A DNA stretch of 64,000 nucleotides from Camelus ferus (taxonomy: Eukaryota), in NCBI RefSeq assembly GCF_009834535.1, contig NC_045697.1, forward strand, positions 9,984,001 to 10,048,000, given 5' to 3'. Below the pieces are notes generated by a model, which saw only the letters and a list, made by a program, of their open reading frames with translations, ran no database searches and was not told the DNA's origin. Made by a program: the position numbers and the translations under genes. Positions 11,237 to 23,829 of the stretch are shown piece by piece. Each line of letters starts with the position of its first letter. Within the stretch, counting starts at the first letter, position 1.

Positions 11237-14200
11237 ATGGCAATAAACACACATCTATCATTAATTACTGTAAATGTTAATGGACTAAATTCTCCAGTCA
11301 AAAGACACAGAGTGGCAGACTGGATAATAAAGCAAGAACCTTCAATATGCTGCATACAAGAGACCCACTTTAGGGAGAAGGACACATATAGATTGAGAGT
11401 GAAAGGATGGAAAAGGATATTCCATGCAGGTGTTGCAGTACTGATTTCAGACAAAATAGACTTTAAAACAAAGGCCATAAAGAAAGATAAAGAAGGACAT
11501 TTTATAATGATTAAAGGAGTGATACATGATGAGGATATTACACTCGTTAATATATATGCACCCAATATAGGAGCACCTAAGTACATACAAGAATTACTAA
11601 CAGAGATAAAGGGGGATATTGATGGGAATACAATCATAGTTGGAGATTTTAACACTGCATTAACACCACTAGACACATCTTCCAGACAGAAAATAAACAA
11701 GGTAACAGAGAAATTAAATACTACAATAGAAAAACTAGATTTGGTGGATATTTTCAGAGCATTACACCCCCAAAAAATAGGATATACATTCTTTTCAAGT
11801 GCACATGGAACATTTTCCAGGATCGATCATGTACTTGGGCACAAAAGAAACCTCAACAATTTTAAGAAGATAGAAATTATCTCAAGCATCTTTACTGACC
11901 ACAATGCCATGAAACTGGAAATCAACAACAGAGAAACAAAGGAGAAAAAAAGGAAAGCATGGAGATTAAACAATATGTTATTGAAAAAACAATGGATCAA
12001 TGAGGAAATCAAAGCTGAAATTAAAAAATACCTTGAGACAAATGATAATGAAAGCACAACCACTCAAAACCTATGGGACACAGCAAAGGCAGTGCTAAGA
12101 GGGAAGTTTATAGTGATACAGGCCTTCCTCAAAAAAGAAGAACAATCTCAAATAAACAATTTAACCCACCACCTGAATGAATTAGAAAAAGAAGAACAAA
12201 AAGCCCCAAAAAGCAGCAGAAGGAAGGAAATAATAAAGATCAGAGAAGAATTAAATACAATAGAGATTAACAAGACCATAGAAAAAATCAACCAAACCAA
12301 AAGCTGGTTTTTTGAAAAAGTAAATAAAATCGACAAACCTCTGGCCAAACTCACAAAGAAGAAAAAAGAGAGAGCACAAATTAGCAAAATAAGAAAGGAA
12401 AATGGAGAAATTACAACAAACAAAATAGAAATACAGAATATCATATGAGAATATTATGAAAAACTATATGGAACCAAACTGGATAACCTAGAGGAGATGG
12501 ACAAGTTTCTGGAAACATACTGTCCACCAAAACTGAATCAAGAAGAATCTGAATGCTTGAACAATCCGATCACTAGAAAGGAAGTAGAAATAGCAATTAA
12601 AAACCTCCCTACAAATAAAAGTCCAGGACCGGACGCTTCACCGGGGAATTCTACCAAACATACAAAGAAGAACTCATACCAGTCCTTCTCAAACTCTTCC
12701 AGACGATTGAAAAGGAGGGAATACTCCCAAACTCATTCTATGAAGCCACCATCACCCTGATACCAAAACCAGGCAAAGACACTACAAAAAAAGAGAATTA
12801 TAGGCCAATATCACTGATGAACATAGACGCCAAAATCCTCACCAAAATTTTAGCAAATAGAATCCAACAACACATAAAAAAGATTATACATCATGACCAA
12901 GTGGGGTTCATCCCAGGGACACAAGGCTGGTTCAACATACGCAAATCAATCAGTGTAATACATCACATCAACAAGAGAAAGGACGAAAACCACATGATCA
13001 TCTCAATCGATGCAGAAAAAGCATTTGATAAAATTCAACACCCATTTATGATAAAAACTCTCGCCAAAGTGGGTATAGAGGGAACATATCTCAACATAAT
13101 AAAAGCTATATATGACAAACCTACAGCCAGCATAGTACTCAACGGTGAAAAACTCAAAAGCTTCCCACTAAAATCTGGGACAAGACAAGGATGCCCACTA
13201 TCACCACTCCTATTCAACATAGTCCTGGAAGTCCTAGCCACAGCAGTCAGGAAAGAGAAAGAAATAAAAGGGATCCAAATTGGAAAAGAGGAGGTAAAAG
13301 TGTCATTATATGCTGATGACATGCTACTATATATAGAAAACCCTAAAAGGTCCACACAAAAGCTACTAGAGCTGATTGAAGAATTCAGCAAGGTAGCAGG
13401 TTACAAAATTAACGTTCAAAAATCAGTTGCATTTCTTTACACTAAAGATAAATCAACAGAAGAAGAAAGTAAAGAAACAATCCCCTTTAAAATAGCACCC
13501 AAAGTAATAAAATATCTGGGAATAAATCTAACCAAGGAGGTGAAAGAATTATACACAGAAAACTATAAACCATTGATGAAGGAAATTAAAGAAGACTTTA
13601 AAAAATGGAAAGATATTCCACGCTCTTGGGTTGGAAGAATCAATATTCTTAAAATGGTCACACTGCCCAAGGCAATCTACAGATTTAATGCAATCCCTAT
13701 CCAACTACCCAGGACATATTTCACAGAACTAGAAAAAATCATAATAAAATCCATATGGAACCATCAAAGACCTAGAATTGCCAAAGCATTACTGAAGAGA
13801 AAGAAAGAGGCTGGAGGAATAACTCTCCCAGACTTCAGACAATACTATAGAGCTACAGTCATCAAGACAGCATGGTATTGGTACCAAAACAGACATATAG
13901 ACCAATGGAACAGAATAGAGAGCCCAGAAATGAACCCACAAACTTTTGGTCAACTCATCTTTGACAAAGGAGGCAAGAATATACATTGGAATAAAGACAG
14001 TCTCTTCAGCAAATGGTGTTGGGAAAACTGGACAGCAGCATGTAAAACAATGAAGCTAGAACACTCCCTTACACCATACACAAAAATCAACTCAAAATAG
14101 ATTAAAGACTTAAACATAAGACAAGATACAATAAACCTCCTAGAGGAAAACATAGGCAAAACATTATCTGGCATACATTTCAAAAATTTTCTCCTAGAAG

Positions 14201-15012
14201 AAATAAAAGCAAGAATAAACAAATGGGACCTAATGAAACTTACAAGCTTCTGCACAGCAAAGGAAACCAGAAGTAAAACAAGAAGAAAACCTACGGAATG
14301 GGAGAAAATTTTTGCAAGTGAAACCGACAAAGGCTTGATCTCCAGAATATATAAGCAGCTCATATGACTCAATAAGAAAAAAATAAACAACCCAATCCAA
14401 AAATGGTCAGAAGACCTAAACAAGCAATTCTCCAAGGAAGACATACAAATGATCAAAAAGCACATGAAAAAATGCTCAATATCACTAATTATCAGAGAAA
14501 TGCAAATCAAAACTACAGTGAGGTACCACCTCACACCAGTCAGAATGGCCGTCATTCAAAAATCCACAAATGACAAATGCTGGAGAGGCTGTGGAGAAAG
14601 GGGAACCCTCCTACACTGCTGGTGGGAATGCAGTTTGGTGCAGCCACTATGGAAAACAGTGTGGAGATTCCTCAAAAGACTAGGAATAGACTTACCATAT
14701 GACCCAGGAATCCCACTCCTGGGCTTGTATCCAGAAGGAAATCTACTTCAGGATGACACCTGCACCCCAATGTTCATAGCAGCACTATTTACAATAGCCA
14801 AAACATGGAAACAGCCTAAATGTCCATCAACAGGTGACTGGATAAAGAAGAGGTGGTATATTTATACAATGGAATACTACTCAGCCATAAAAACCGACAA
14901 CATAATGCCATTTGCAGCAACATGGATGCTCCTGGAGAATGTCATTCTAAGTGAAGTAAGCCAGAAAGAGAAAGAAAAATACCATATGAGATTGCTCATA
15001 TGTGGAATCTAA
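11237..15012 (+). pseudogene. L1 ORF2p (APE endonuclease + reverse transcriptase), disrupted
   Basis: EN motifs NVNGLN, CIQETH, GDFN, RIDH, TDHN. RT motifs [10 protein letters not shown] and YADD (13309-13320). C-terminal HCWWEC. Stops at 12446-12448, 14098-14100 and 14365-14367, and a -1 frameshift near 12635. Confidence 0.97.
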
Positions 15013-15331
15013 AAAACAAAAACAAAAACAAACAAACAAACAAAAACAAAGCTTAAATAAAGGACAGAAATAGACTCACAGACAGAGAATACAGACTTGT
15101 GGTTACCAGGGGGGTGGAGGGTGGGAAGGGATAGACTGGGATTTCAAAATTGTAGAATAGACTACACTGTATAGCACAAGGAAATATACACAAAATGTTA
15201 TAACTCACAGAGAAAAAAATGTGACAATGAGTGTGTATATGTCCATGAATAGCTGAAAAATTGTGCTGAACACTGGAATTTGACACAACATTGTAAAATG
15301 ATTATAAATCAATAAAAAATGTTAAAAAAAA

Positions 15332-15622
15332 GAACATATGTAAATCTAAATTGTACATGAGGATTTGATACAGATATATATATTGGGAAACCATTACCAC
15401 AATAAGGTTGACAGATCACATCCCCTCATGTAATTACCTTTTCCTTCAGTGGCGGGCAGGGGTGACAGCATTGAAGATCTACTCTCTTAATGACTTTCAA
15501 GTATATAATACAGGACTGTTTGTTGTAGTCCCCGTGCTGCACCCAGATCAACAGAACTCATTCTTTTTTTTTAAAATTGAAGTGTAGTTGATTTACAATG
15601 TTGTATCAGTTTAAAAAAAAAA
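15332..15622 (+). other. Putative L1 3'-transduced segment with second poly(A)
   Basis: Lies between the L1 poly(A) and an A10 tract (15613-15622) that runs into the right TSD aaacaattactg (15620-15631). Made of antisense L1 3'-end fragments. Confidence 0.75.
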
Positions 15623-15631
15623 CAATTACTG

Positions 15632-16100
15632 CATTCTTTAGAGTCTCAGCAAGTCAGGGAGAGCATATTCAGATGGAGCCATGGAGAAACATTTGATAAA
15701 AGTACTTAAGGTCTGTCCAAAGGCTCTCAGACAGGATTAAATTGAAACGATGGCGTGATGCATTAACCAGAACTGGCCACAGAGGGGAGCCATTACCACC
15801 TCTACCACCCAGGCGGGGCGGGAGAGGAAGTGGTTAGTTAACTCTGGGGAGAAAGCCAGAGACGGAATCTGTGGTTTAGGGTAGAAAGATTTGACCAACA
15901 CACTTGGACCTACCTGAGAAGGAGCAGAGAAAGGAAAACAGACCCCTCTCTTGTCCTGATCACACCTCCCCGTTGGCAGAACCTGACCGCAAGTCAGAGG
16001 TCAAGGGAAGCTACTGGTAGAGTTGGCGAAAGTCAGCTTCTCAGCTCCAGAGCAGGTTGGGGGGGGGGGGGTGCAGAGGGGAAAAGGGAGAAGACTGAGC
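15632..16100 (-). mobile_element. ERVL solo LTR (LTR33-like)
   Basis: gagccattaccacctcta...ctccccgttggcagaacctgaccgcaagtcagaggtcaagggaag...gtcagcttctcagctccagagcagg resembles the recalled LTR33 consensus. Confidence 0.6.
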
Positions 16101-19068
16101 TTTCCCCCACCACCAGGCTCTGCGTCACCCCTGAAAGTGGAGGAGCTGGGAAAACCGTCTTGGTCCAGGACTTCACCGAATACACAGGGCGGTGAGGGAG
16201 AGAGAAAATCAACAAGCCCGCGCAGCAGTGAGCTTTGCTAAGCATTTGGAGGGAAGAGTGGGCACCATGAGAGGTGATAATGAGTGTTCAACTTCAGACC
16301 AGTCGTCTGGAGGTCGTCCTGTTGGAAGTACCATTCAAGGCAAGCCAGCCAGTGATGAACGAACAGCATCCCAGACAAAGCCTTTGGCTCATGGCAGCTC
16401 TTCAGATGTGCCGTTCCTTGAACTTAATTTGAATTTCTGTGAAATACATGGGTCTTATTACTTAGGGGTTGCCCCAGAAGTGCCCAGATCAAATGGAAAG
16501 ACAGTGGCCTGTGAGTCAGGGGGCCTGTTCCACCTGCCCTGCGTCTGGCCCTCACAGTCCAGGAGACGGCACCCAGGTCACAGGGTCTCTCTTTGCCTCC
16601 ATTGTTCATCTGTAGAGTGGTGATGTCGGCTAGCTGGCCTGAGTCCCTTTCCATTCCAAAATTCAGTGTTGGTCATGGACTATGTTCATCTTTTTAAAGA
16701 TACTTTTCAACACTTTTCAGATTTCTCTTTTCTGCTAAGTGAATGCCCAAGAGCAAGTTAAACTTTCTTTAGATCTTCAGATGAGTGGCAGTTGAGTGAG
16801 CTCTGTGCTGAGCACAAGCAGAATTCTGTGTACAGTCCTACAGGGATTAAATAATCTTTGGTATTTGGCCAAAGGAAAAACACCCAGTCATAAAGCTAAG
16901 GAAGAAGGCTCCAGTTGTGGCTGCGGTTTTTAGGAAGAGAGTGTTTTATAGGATCAGGGAGTATCTGGGTCATGTCTCTGACCCCCCTCCAAAGCTCAGG
17001 TTCCTTTCCAGCAACCCCACCCTGCTGACACACACGTGGGACAAGCACCAAGAGGGGCCATGATGTCACCTGTCAACTCCGGCTTCTCTGAGTGTCCCCT
17101 TCCGTCAACTTGAAATCTGTCCCCAGGATGTTCCCTCAGATGCCCCATCATTCTGCTTCAGGTCCCATGGAATTGGATGCCCTTCAGAAACTCTAATCAC
17201 CATGTTCTCCCTTCCCTCCAGATTCTCAAACACTCCACTCCGTCATCCTGGAACACTGCCCTCTTCCTCTCAAAAGGACTCCCAGCTTCTCCCTCCAAAG
17301 AGTGGTGTTTCAGGTGTCAGATGAAACACCTCCTCCGTGTGGCAGGCTTCCTGTGCTCTGGGTTAAGTCAGACTTAGACCCCTTCCTGTCTTTCACACCG
17401 GCAGCTGTCTCACACCCGCCTTTGCTTTATGACCTGTCCCGCCTCAAGGCTCTGGCTCAGGAGGAGCCCAGACCAAGTTCCCTGCTCTGTCCCGGCACCT
17501 AGAGCTTCAGTGAGGGATGCTTGGATAACTTCTGGAATGAGGGACTTTAAGAAGACCTGGGTTTTGCTAAGAAATTTGGCATCCACAGACTAGAGTCAGA
17601 GCACTTTGCTAGAGATTTAGACAAACGACCTATCAGAGGCATTGGGTGCCTTTAGATAATCTGTCTCCACTCGGTGAGAACATTGAAAAAGTGCGATGAA
17701 AGCACAGTCTCTCTTTTGGCTGATTCTGAATTATTTTCTGTGTGTCATGCATTGCAAACCATGATATAGTAAGTCAAAAGAGCAATTTTCCAAACAGTGT
17801 CAGCTGTAAGCCCTGTTTCTGTGAGAAAAATCTTATCTACACAGATACTTTCACAGAGAGGAGGTCACAGGATCTACCACAGTGAGATAGAGAAATGTTT
17901 AAGAATCTCAGTATACAGTCAGTATGATATCAATCCATCAGGCCTTTTGAAAAATTGTCAGGATTCAAAGAACTTGAAATCTAGAGGTCTGAAGGAATGT
18001 TAATCGATATTCATGCTATGGTGGTGGCCCCCCTTGCTGCTAACCAGGAATCGTCGCCATCCCGGGGTCCACGTGGCTGTCCGCGCGTAAGAGATTTTGA
18101 GGACCAGCACAGTGTTAGTCTAAGATTCACTTTTATTTTTTTAATTGTTTTTTTATTCTATATCCTCAAGCAATGTTGACCAAACTTTCATTAGATGGTC
18201 ATACTTGAATTGGAAAACCTTTCTAGATAATCACCAACTTTGAAACTAAATATTAGATGCAATTATGTGTTACAAAGAAGGTCATGATATGACCTGAAAT
18301 GAGATGCTGGAGTGTGAGTTTTGGGGTGAGGGAAGCATGAAATGAGACAATGGTTTGCCAAAATCATCATATCACCAGGAAAGGATAAAGAAAACCTGGA
18401 AGAAAAAAATCCGGTTACTTGCTCACAAGATGCAGATGGCGAAGGTGCCCTTCAGTGCAAAGTTACATGTTCATGTGCTCTGAGAAGACAGTCCCTGCAA
18501 CTTTGTATTTAATTCCTGTGAAAGAATCAACTGTGCTATTTTTTAATTAGGTGAGCTCTTTAAGAACCCATCCCTCAAACCAAATGGAATTATAAGGATA
18601 AAAGCTGGGATGATATACATTAAAATATTAAATGTAGTGGGGGGGATTCTTGGGGACCAGAAAAATTATGAGTGGCTTCTATTTTCTCCTTTATGCTTAA
18701 ATTTTTTTTTGTAGTTTTTAAAAGTTAGTATTTATTGATAGTAAATAAATAAATGAAGTGTTGCATAATCTGCTTTTAAGAAAGAACTCATGCTGGAGGC
18801 AGCAGACCGTTGATGCCAGCAGCATCTGTGTGGTCCGGAATATCTCTTCATGCCACCGTGTCATGGCCTGGCACGGCACAGATGTGCCCGGCATCCTTGC
18901 TGGGAGGGATGCATCACCTCCAGGAGAAGTTGGCTCCTGAGGTTGCATGTTACTCATGACCCCCGTCTTGGAACGGGAGCAGGAAAAAGAGAGAGGATGG
19001 GAGGGAGGAATACATAACCACCCTCCAATATCTTTGGGCTATTTCAGATCCTCAAAAGTGAGGAACTG

Positions 19069-19131
19069 TGTGCTGTACACCAGAAACTGACACATTGTAA
19101 CTGACTGTACTTCAATAAAAAAGTTTTTTAA
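19069..19131 (+). mobile_element. Ultra-short (about 63 bp) L1 3' tail insertion
   Basis: tgctgtacaccagaaactgacacattgtaactgactgtacttcAATAAAaaa. TSD aaaagtgaggaactg (19054-19068) / aaaagtgagagactg (19132-19146). Confidence 0.88.
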
Positions 19132-19675
19132 AAAAGTGAGAGACTGATATGAGATGAAAGTCATTTATACACTCAAGTCCCTGAATATTTGAGAAGATAT
19201 TTTTAATTCCTTCAACCAGAAGAGCGATTCCCTTTCTAAGTCCTTTATCTGAGATAAATCTATGACTAAAGATGGAGATTCCACCCCAGTCTCCATCTCT
19301 AAGATGAGGGTCTGAATTATTCTGTCTGAATTTCTAAAGGTATCTCTGGGCAGCTCCCCAATCTGTGAAACCGAATAGAAGCAATTGCTCATGTGAGGAT
19401 GTGCCTCCTGATTCTGTTCTGCTTCCAACCTCGCGACTGACTTGACTAGGCCCTTTGCCAATTCCTGCACTTCCCTCTCCTTGCAGCGGTGGACTTGTTC
19501 CACTCACTGTCCCGGGGGAACGACCCTTCCCTCGCTGACTTGGCCCACAGCCCTCCCACTGCAGCCCAGCCTCACAGATGGCCATCGCCCTGGGCTGGTT
19601 CTCACAGGATCCACAAGCCGCAGCCGGACAGTTTCATCTGAATTCCCAGAGGAAAGTGGGATGAGGCAATTGGCA

Positions 19676-20103
19676 GGTGTGTTGGTCTAGGTCCTCTGAG
19701 AAGCAGATGACAAAGCAGAATTAAACCTGCCAGGGTTTTACTAGAGAAAGAGAAGGAGGAGGGGGCCGGGGAAGGCTGCGAGATCATCAGAACGTGGTGA
19801 GAGTCTGACTAAAGGACAGAGAAAGAGGAGGTTACTTGGAAGTCTCACAGACTATCTGCCATCAAGTCAAAAGAGGATTTGGCCAAGGCAGCAGCAAGCC
19901 CTTGAGATAAAGTTGCCCATCAGAGAAGTCCCTTAGTCTCCCTCATGTCTCCAGCCCTATGCTTAGTCCTCAGCGGGAGCCCCCGTGGAAGGCACAGCCT
20001 GGGCACACACACAATGGTGCATTTCAAAGCCTAGCAGCTGGGACCTCATTGAACTCTGATCTCAGTGGTCAAGGGTCTGGAGACACATTCTCCTGGCCCC
20101 CAT
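19676..20103 (-). mobile_element. ERVL solo LTR (LTR16-like)
   Basis: tgtgttggtctaggtcctctgagaagcagatg...aaagttgcccatcagagaagtccc...gcagctggg, as in LTR16-family LTRs. Confidence 0.55.
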
Positions 20104-21299
20104 GGCGGGCCACTCTTGTTAGAATTTGCCCCTGACTGTTTAGACCCTGTAAAGGCCAATCCTGCTTGGGGAGTACAGAATGTGGGAAATTTCATTGAGT
20201 AATACAAAAAGGCAGCTCTCACTGTGGATTTCAGCTCTTCCAGGTCCCTCAGGAGCTCCCTGGGAATTAACTCAGGAGCATCCTTCAGAGTTAAGAGGAA
20301 GCCAATTTGATGGGACTCTAGACCAATCAACATCATGTAAATCAGAGCAGCTGTCCACTGAACGCTGTATACCCTGGAATCACGCACAGCAACATTTGTT
20401 TAAAAGAGCATAATGCTTACAGAATTTTGAAGTCCCATTTGCAGTGGAGCCAGGTGGACCAGGTCCCCCTGCACCTCTGATTCCCCGGCTCCCTGGCACA
20501 GGGCCTCACTCGCAGAGGCACGTAGTAAACGTCTCTACCAGGGTACGAACAAACGAGTGAACGGGTGGAGTTAGTCCATGTGCATTCGTTCTCAGAACGG
20601 CTCCTTTACATAGATATCATTGTCCCCATTCTACTGACCACAACTTGATATTCACAGGGCTTATGTTAACGGGTAGTGACCGAGAGATTGTTCAGTAGGA
20701 GCACTGAGATTCAAATCCAGGTCATCTGAGTCCAAACCCAGAGACCTTTGGACTGCCCTCCTCTGCAGACACTGTGCTCTAGGGCCTCTGACGTCCCCCA
20801 CTCGGTCTCAGCCGTGTCTGACTGTAGAGAATGTTAGGCTCCAACATTCTCAGCTTTTCACTGTTTCTCTCTGTGGGCCCTTGGCAACAGTACTCACCGT
20901 TCCGGGTTGTCAGCAAGCTTAAAAAATCATCTACACTCTGCCTATTTCTGCATTCCTCAGAAGGCTTTCAGATGCTCAGAGGCCATACCTCTTGTGGTAC
21001 AGACAAATTACAGGCCTGGGGCGAGGGAACCTGCAGCCTCACTGGTTCTCTTGTTATGAAGCTTCCTCTGTGCTGGAGAACGTGCACCCTGCCCGTAACA
21101 GAAGCATCAAATTGTGGGCTGCCTGCTGCCTATGAGGGTGCAAGGACTGCTTAGTGAATAGGCTAATGTGGTTCTTGCCGGAAATAAATCTTCTTGGTGT
21201 TGGGAAGTTATGATGGTGTCTTTGATGTGAATCTTAAATGGAAGGGAGACCTTGGACAATGGGGCGAGCTCGGAACATTGAAAATAAAAATAATAATAA

Positions 21300-21470
21300 T
21301 ACCTACTCTCTCTGGGGACAAGAAGCTGTGCTAGCATCTCATTTAACCCTCCAAGAACCCTAACAGAAGCTACAATTAATGTCTTGATTTTATAACTAAG
21401 GAAACTGAGTCTCAGATGCTAACTTGGCAAAGGAGATACAGCTGGTGAGTACTGAAGCTGGCACGTCAGT
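21300..21470 (-). mobile_element. MIR SINE relic
   Basis: atctcatttaaccctcc...aaggaaactgagtctcaga..aacttggcaaagg..acagctggtgag. Confidence 0.6.
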
Positions 21471-22239
21471 CTTAGTGGAACATGATTAAAAGCAAATGCA
21501 AGTATTCAGGACAGAATTCTGAATGGATGCTGGTTATGTTTACATACCCCAAGGACAGGGGTGTTGCTGTTAGTGTATTTTTAAATTTTTCAGGGACTAA
21601 CTGGATTTCAGCTCTTAACGGCAATGAGGGTGTTAGTCAATGGGTTACATCACTGGATTACAGGATGGTTTTAAAAAGCAAACCTTGGACACCTGGTTAC
21701 AGTCCCTGGCTTCCCAGTTTCTAAAAGCCTTTTCCATATTAGAACCACCCCGCTTGCTGACATGATAAATGATTACACTTTCATGAGCCTCAATCCCCAC
21801 ATTTGTTTCAGTTCTTCTGCTAAATCCACATGCTTCCTTGACATCTGTGCAAATGTTCTTGAAAAATGTCTGCTTACGGACTTTGATAACAAAAGCTTCA
21901 CTCTCAAGATATACTAATGGCAGAATTTGTCACTGCACAGTTCAATTCCTCATTAATGCTCTCTTCCCAAATCCTTAAGCCAGTTGTTACTAGTGCTTCT
22001 TTGAGTTACTCTTTAAAAAAACTCACTATTTTCTGTCTGGTTTTATATATATGTATATACAGGTACATACATATTGTGTATATATGAATTAATATGTGTT
22101 TACCTTAGTGTGGTCCTCCATTAAGACTTATTTTAAAAATCTATTTATATACATTTCATTTTCTGTTGGACCCATGCAGAGAAAAAGGTAAAACAACCCA
22201 TTAAGGATTCATTCAATCCCAGGTACAAAAAAAGACTCG

Positions 22240-23230
22240 TGCAGAAGACAACTCCCATGAAAGATGAACTCAGATTTTTAAAACTTACAAAGCACACGAA
22301 GATTGCAGTTGTTCCAGGAAAGAGCCAGTAGACTCAGTAAGTAGGATAATGCACATCTAAACAGCTAGCGATAGTGGAGTGATGTGAAAGGGACGTTGAA
22401 ATAAGTAAAGCACGTTCAAATAGTGAAGTAGAGAAATAAAGGGATAATATAAAGCAGAGGTTCTTAAGTAAAATTGTAGGAACTGTCAGCCCTCCAGATC
22501 TGTGGGTTCCACATCTGCAACCTTGGGTTGATTGTTAGTTCCAAGACCCCCGTGGATACCAAGAGCAGCTGTAGATTTTAAAATGAGCCTAAGAAAACCT
22601 AGAAATAAATAATTCCAGTAGATGAAATAAAAACTCATCAAACAATTAAATTCAACTAGACATAGTTGAAAAGAGAATAAGGAAACAGTAGAACAGAGCT
22701 GAGTAAATTAACCAGACAGTAGCACAAAGGGATAAGGAGATGGAAAATGTGAAAGGGAAGGTAAGAGATGTGAAAGAGAGGACAGGGCTGAGCAGATACC
22801 TAACGAGGGTTCTACAAGTTGAGAAGGGAGAGAACGAGGAAAGTAATGTAGAAAGAAAGATGAGAATATTTCCCAAAATTAAAAGAAAACAACAGTTGAG
22901 TTTTAAAGTTAAAACAAAAAAAGCACACCAGAAAAGCATACTCCTGAGTGAGATAGATGTAAATATACTCACTAACCACATGATGCTGAAATTACATAAT
23001 ATCAAGGACAAGTGAAAACCTCAGATTCGTGAGACAGAATAGCCAAGTGACCTTCAGAGAAAGAGTCAGAGGGGCATCCGCTCAGAAACAGCGGACAACA
23101 GAAAATAAACAACTCTTCCAAGGTGCTGAAGGGGAAGGAAAATCCCCCAGCCGAGTTTTTTTTGAGAGTTAGAGTCATTTTAATATAGTCTCAAACTAAG
23201 ACATTCACTGAAAAAACTTATACAAGGATT
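22240..23230 (+). mobile_element. Ancient L1/HAL1-like ORF1 relic
   Basis: A-rich. ORF 22740-23015 (..RIFPKIK..KKAHQ..NHMMLKLHNIKDK) resembles degenerate ORF1p (ENFP..L / AHR / RHII.K..KDK). No ORF2 follows. Confidence 0.55.
22485..22573. mobile_element. Short MER2/Tigger-type MITE remnant inside the old ORF1 relic
   Basis: gtcagccctccagatctgtgggttccacatctgca...ttccaagacccccgtggataccaa matches the terminal motifs of the MER2 copies at 27408 and 62545. Confidence 0.6.
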
Positions 23231-23508
23231 GAATTCAGTGTATCCGTTAGGAATGCTTTTGGATGCAATTTTAGAAACTTTAATTAACTGGAAATTATAC
23301 TCATAGGTAATCATTCATCTCTAACAAGAAGCCAAGAAGAAAACAGCTGACTCACTTACTCCTTCACTCAATACATTTTCCTTGGGCACCTGGAAGTCTT
23401 CTAGGTGCCTGCAGGTGGAGCTTACATCCTGTCCTGACCATCCTAGTTGTCACTGAAGCCAATCCCGACCCTTGCATGCCCCATGCCCTTTACCTTGTTT
23501 CCTTTATT

Positions 23509-23511
<3 letters not shown>

Positions 23512-23543
<32 letters not shown>
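23512..23543. repeat. (TG)n microsatellite
   Basis: 16 perfect TG units. Confidence 0.97.
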
Positions 23544-23544
<1 letters not shown>

Positions 23545-23829
23545 TAACTATTTCTTCCTATATAATTACATCAGTCATTACATCTATTGCTTAATGTCTA
23601 TCTTGTCTGCTGAATTACAAGATTGAAGACAGGGTTCTTTGTCTACTTTGTTTACTAATGAGTCTCAAATTATTAAAGCAGTGGCTGGCTATGGGAAGTG
23701 CCGTATGTGTGTGTGTGTTCGCACACGTGTGTGTCTGTATTAAGCAAATAGCATAAATGAGCAGTTGGGTAAATGAAGATAAAAAAAATACAAAGTAAAA
23801 TCTGATCTGATATCAGAAGTAGCCTCTCT

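Larger units (their letters stand above)
8259..15331 (+). mobile_element. Full-length LINE-1 (about 7.07 kb), inactivated
   Basis: 5' end has the YY1 motif AAGATGGCGG, followed by a CpG-rich 5' UTR, ORF1, a spacer of about 405 bp, ORF2 (EN, RT, C-terminal domain), 3' UTR with AATAAA at 15311-15316 and an A-tract at 15324-15331. Left TSD aaacaattactg at 8247-8258. Confidence 0.98.

Noticed and set aside
10029..14555. Antisense ORFs over L1 ORF1/ORF2 (up to 201 aa)
   Set aside because: They are shadow frames of A-rich L1 coding sequence with no independent support.
8259..15331. Active, retrotransposition-competent L1
   Set aside because: ORF1 has two stops and a frameshift. ORF2 has three stops and a frameshift.
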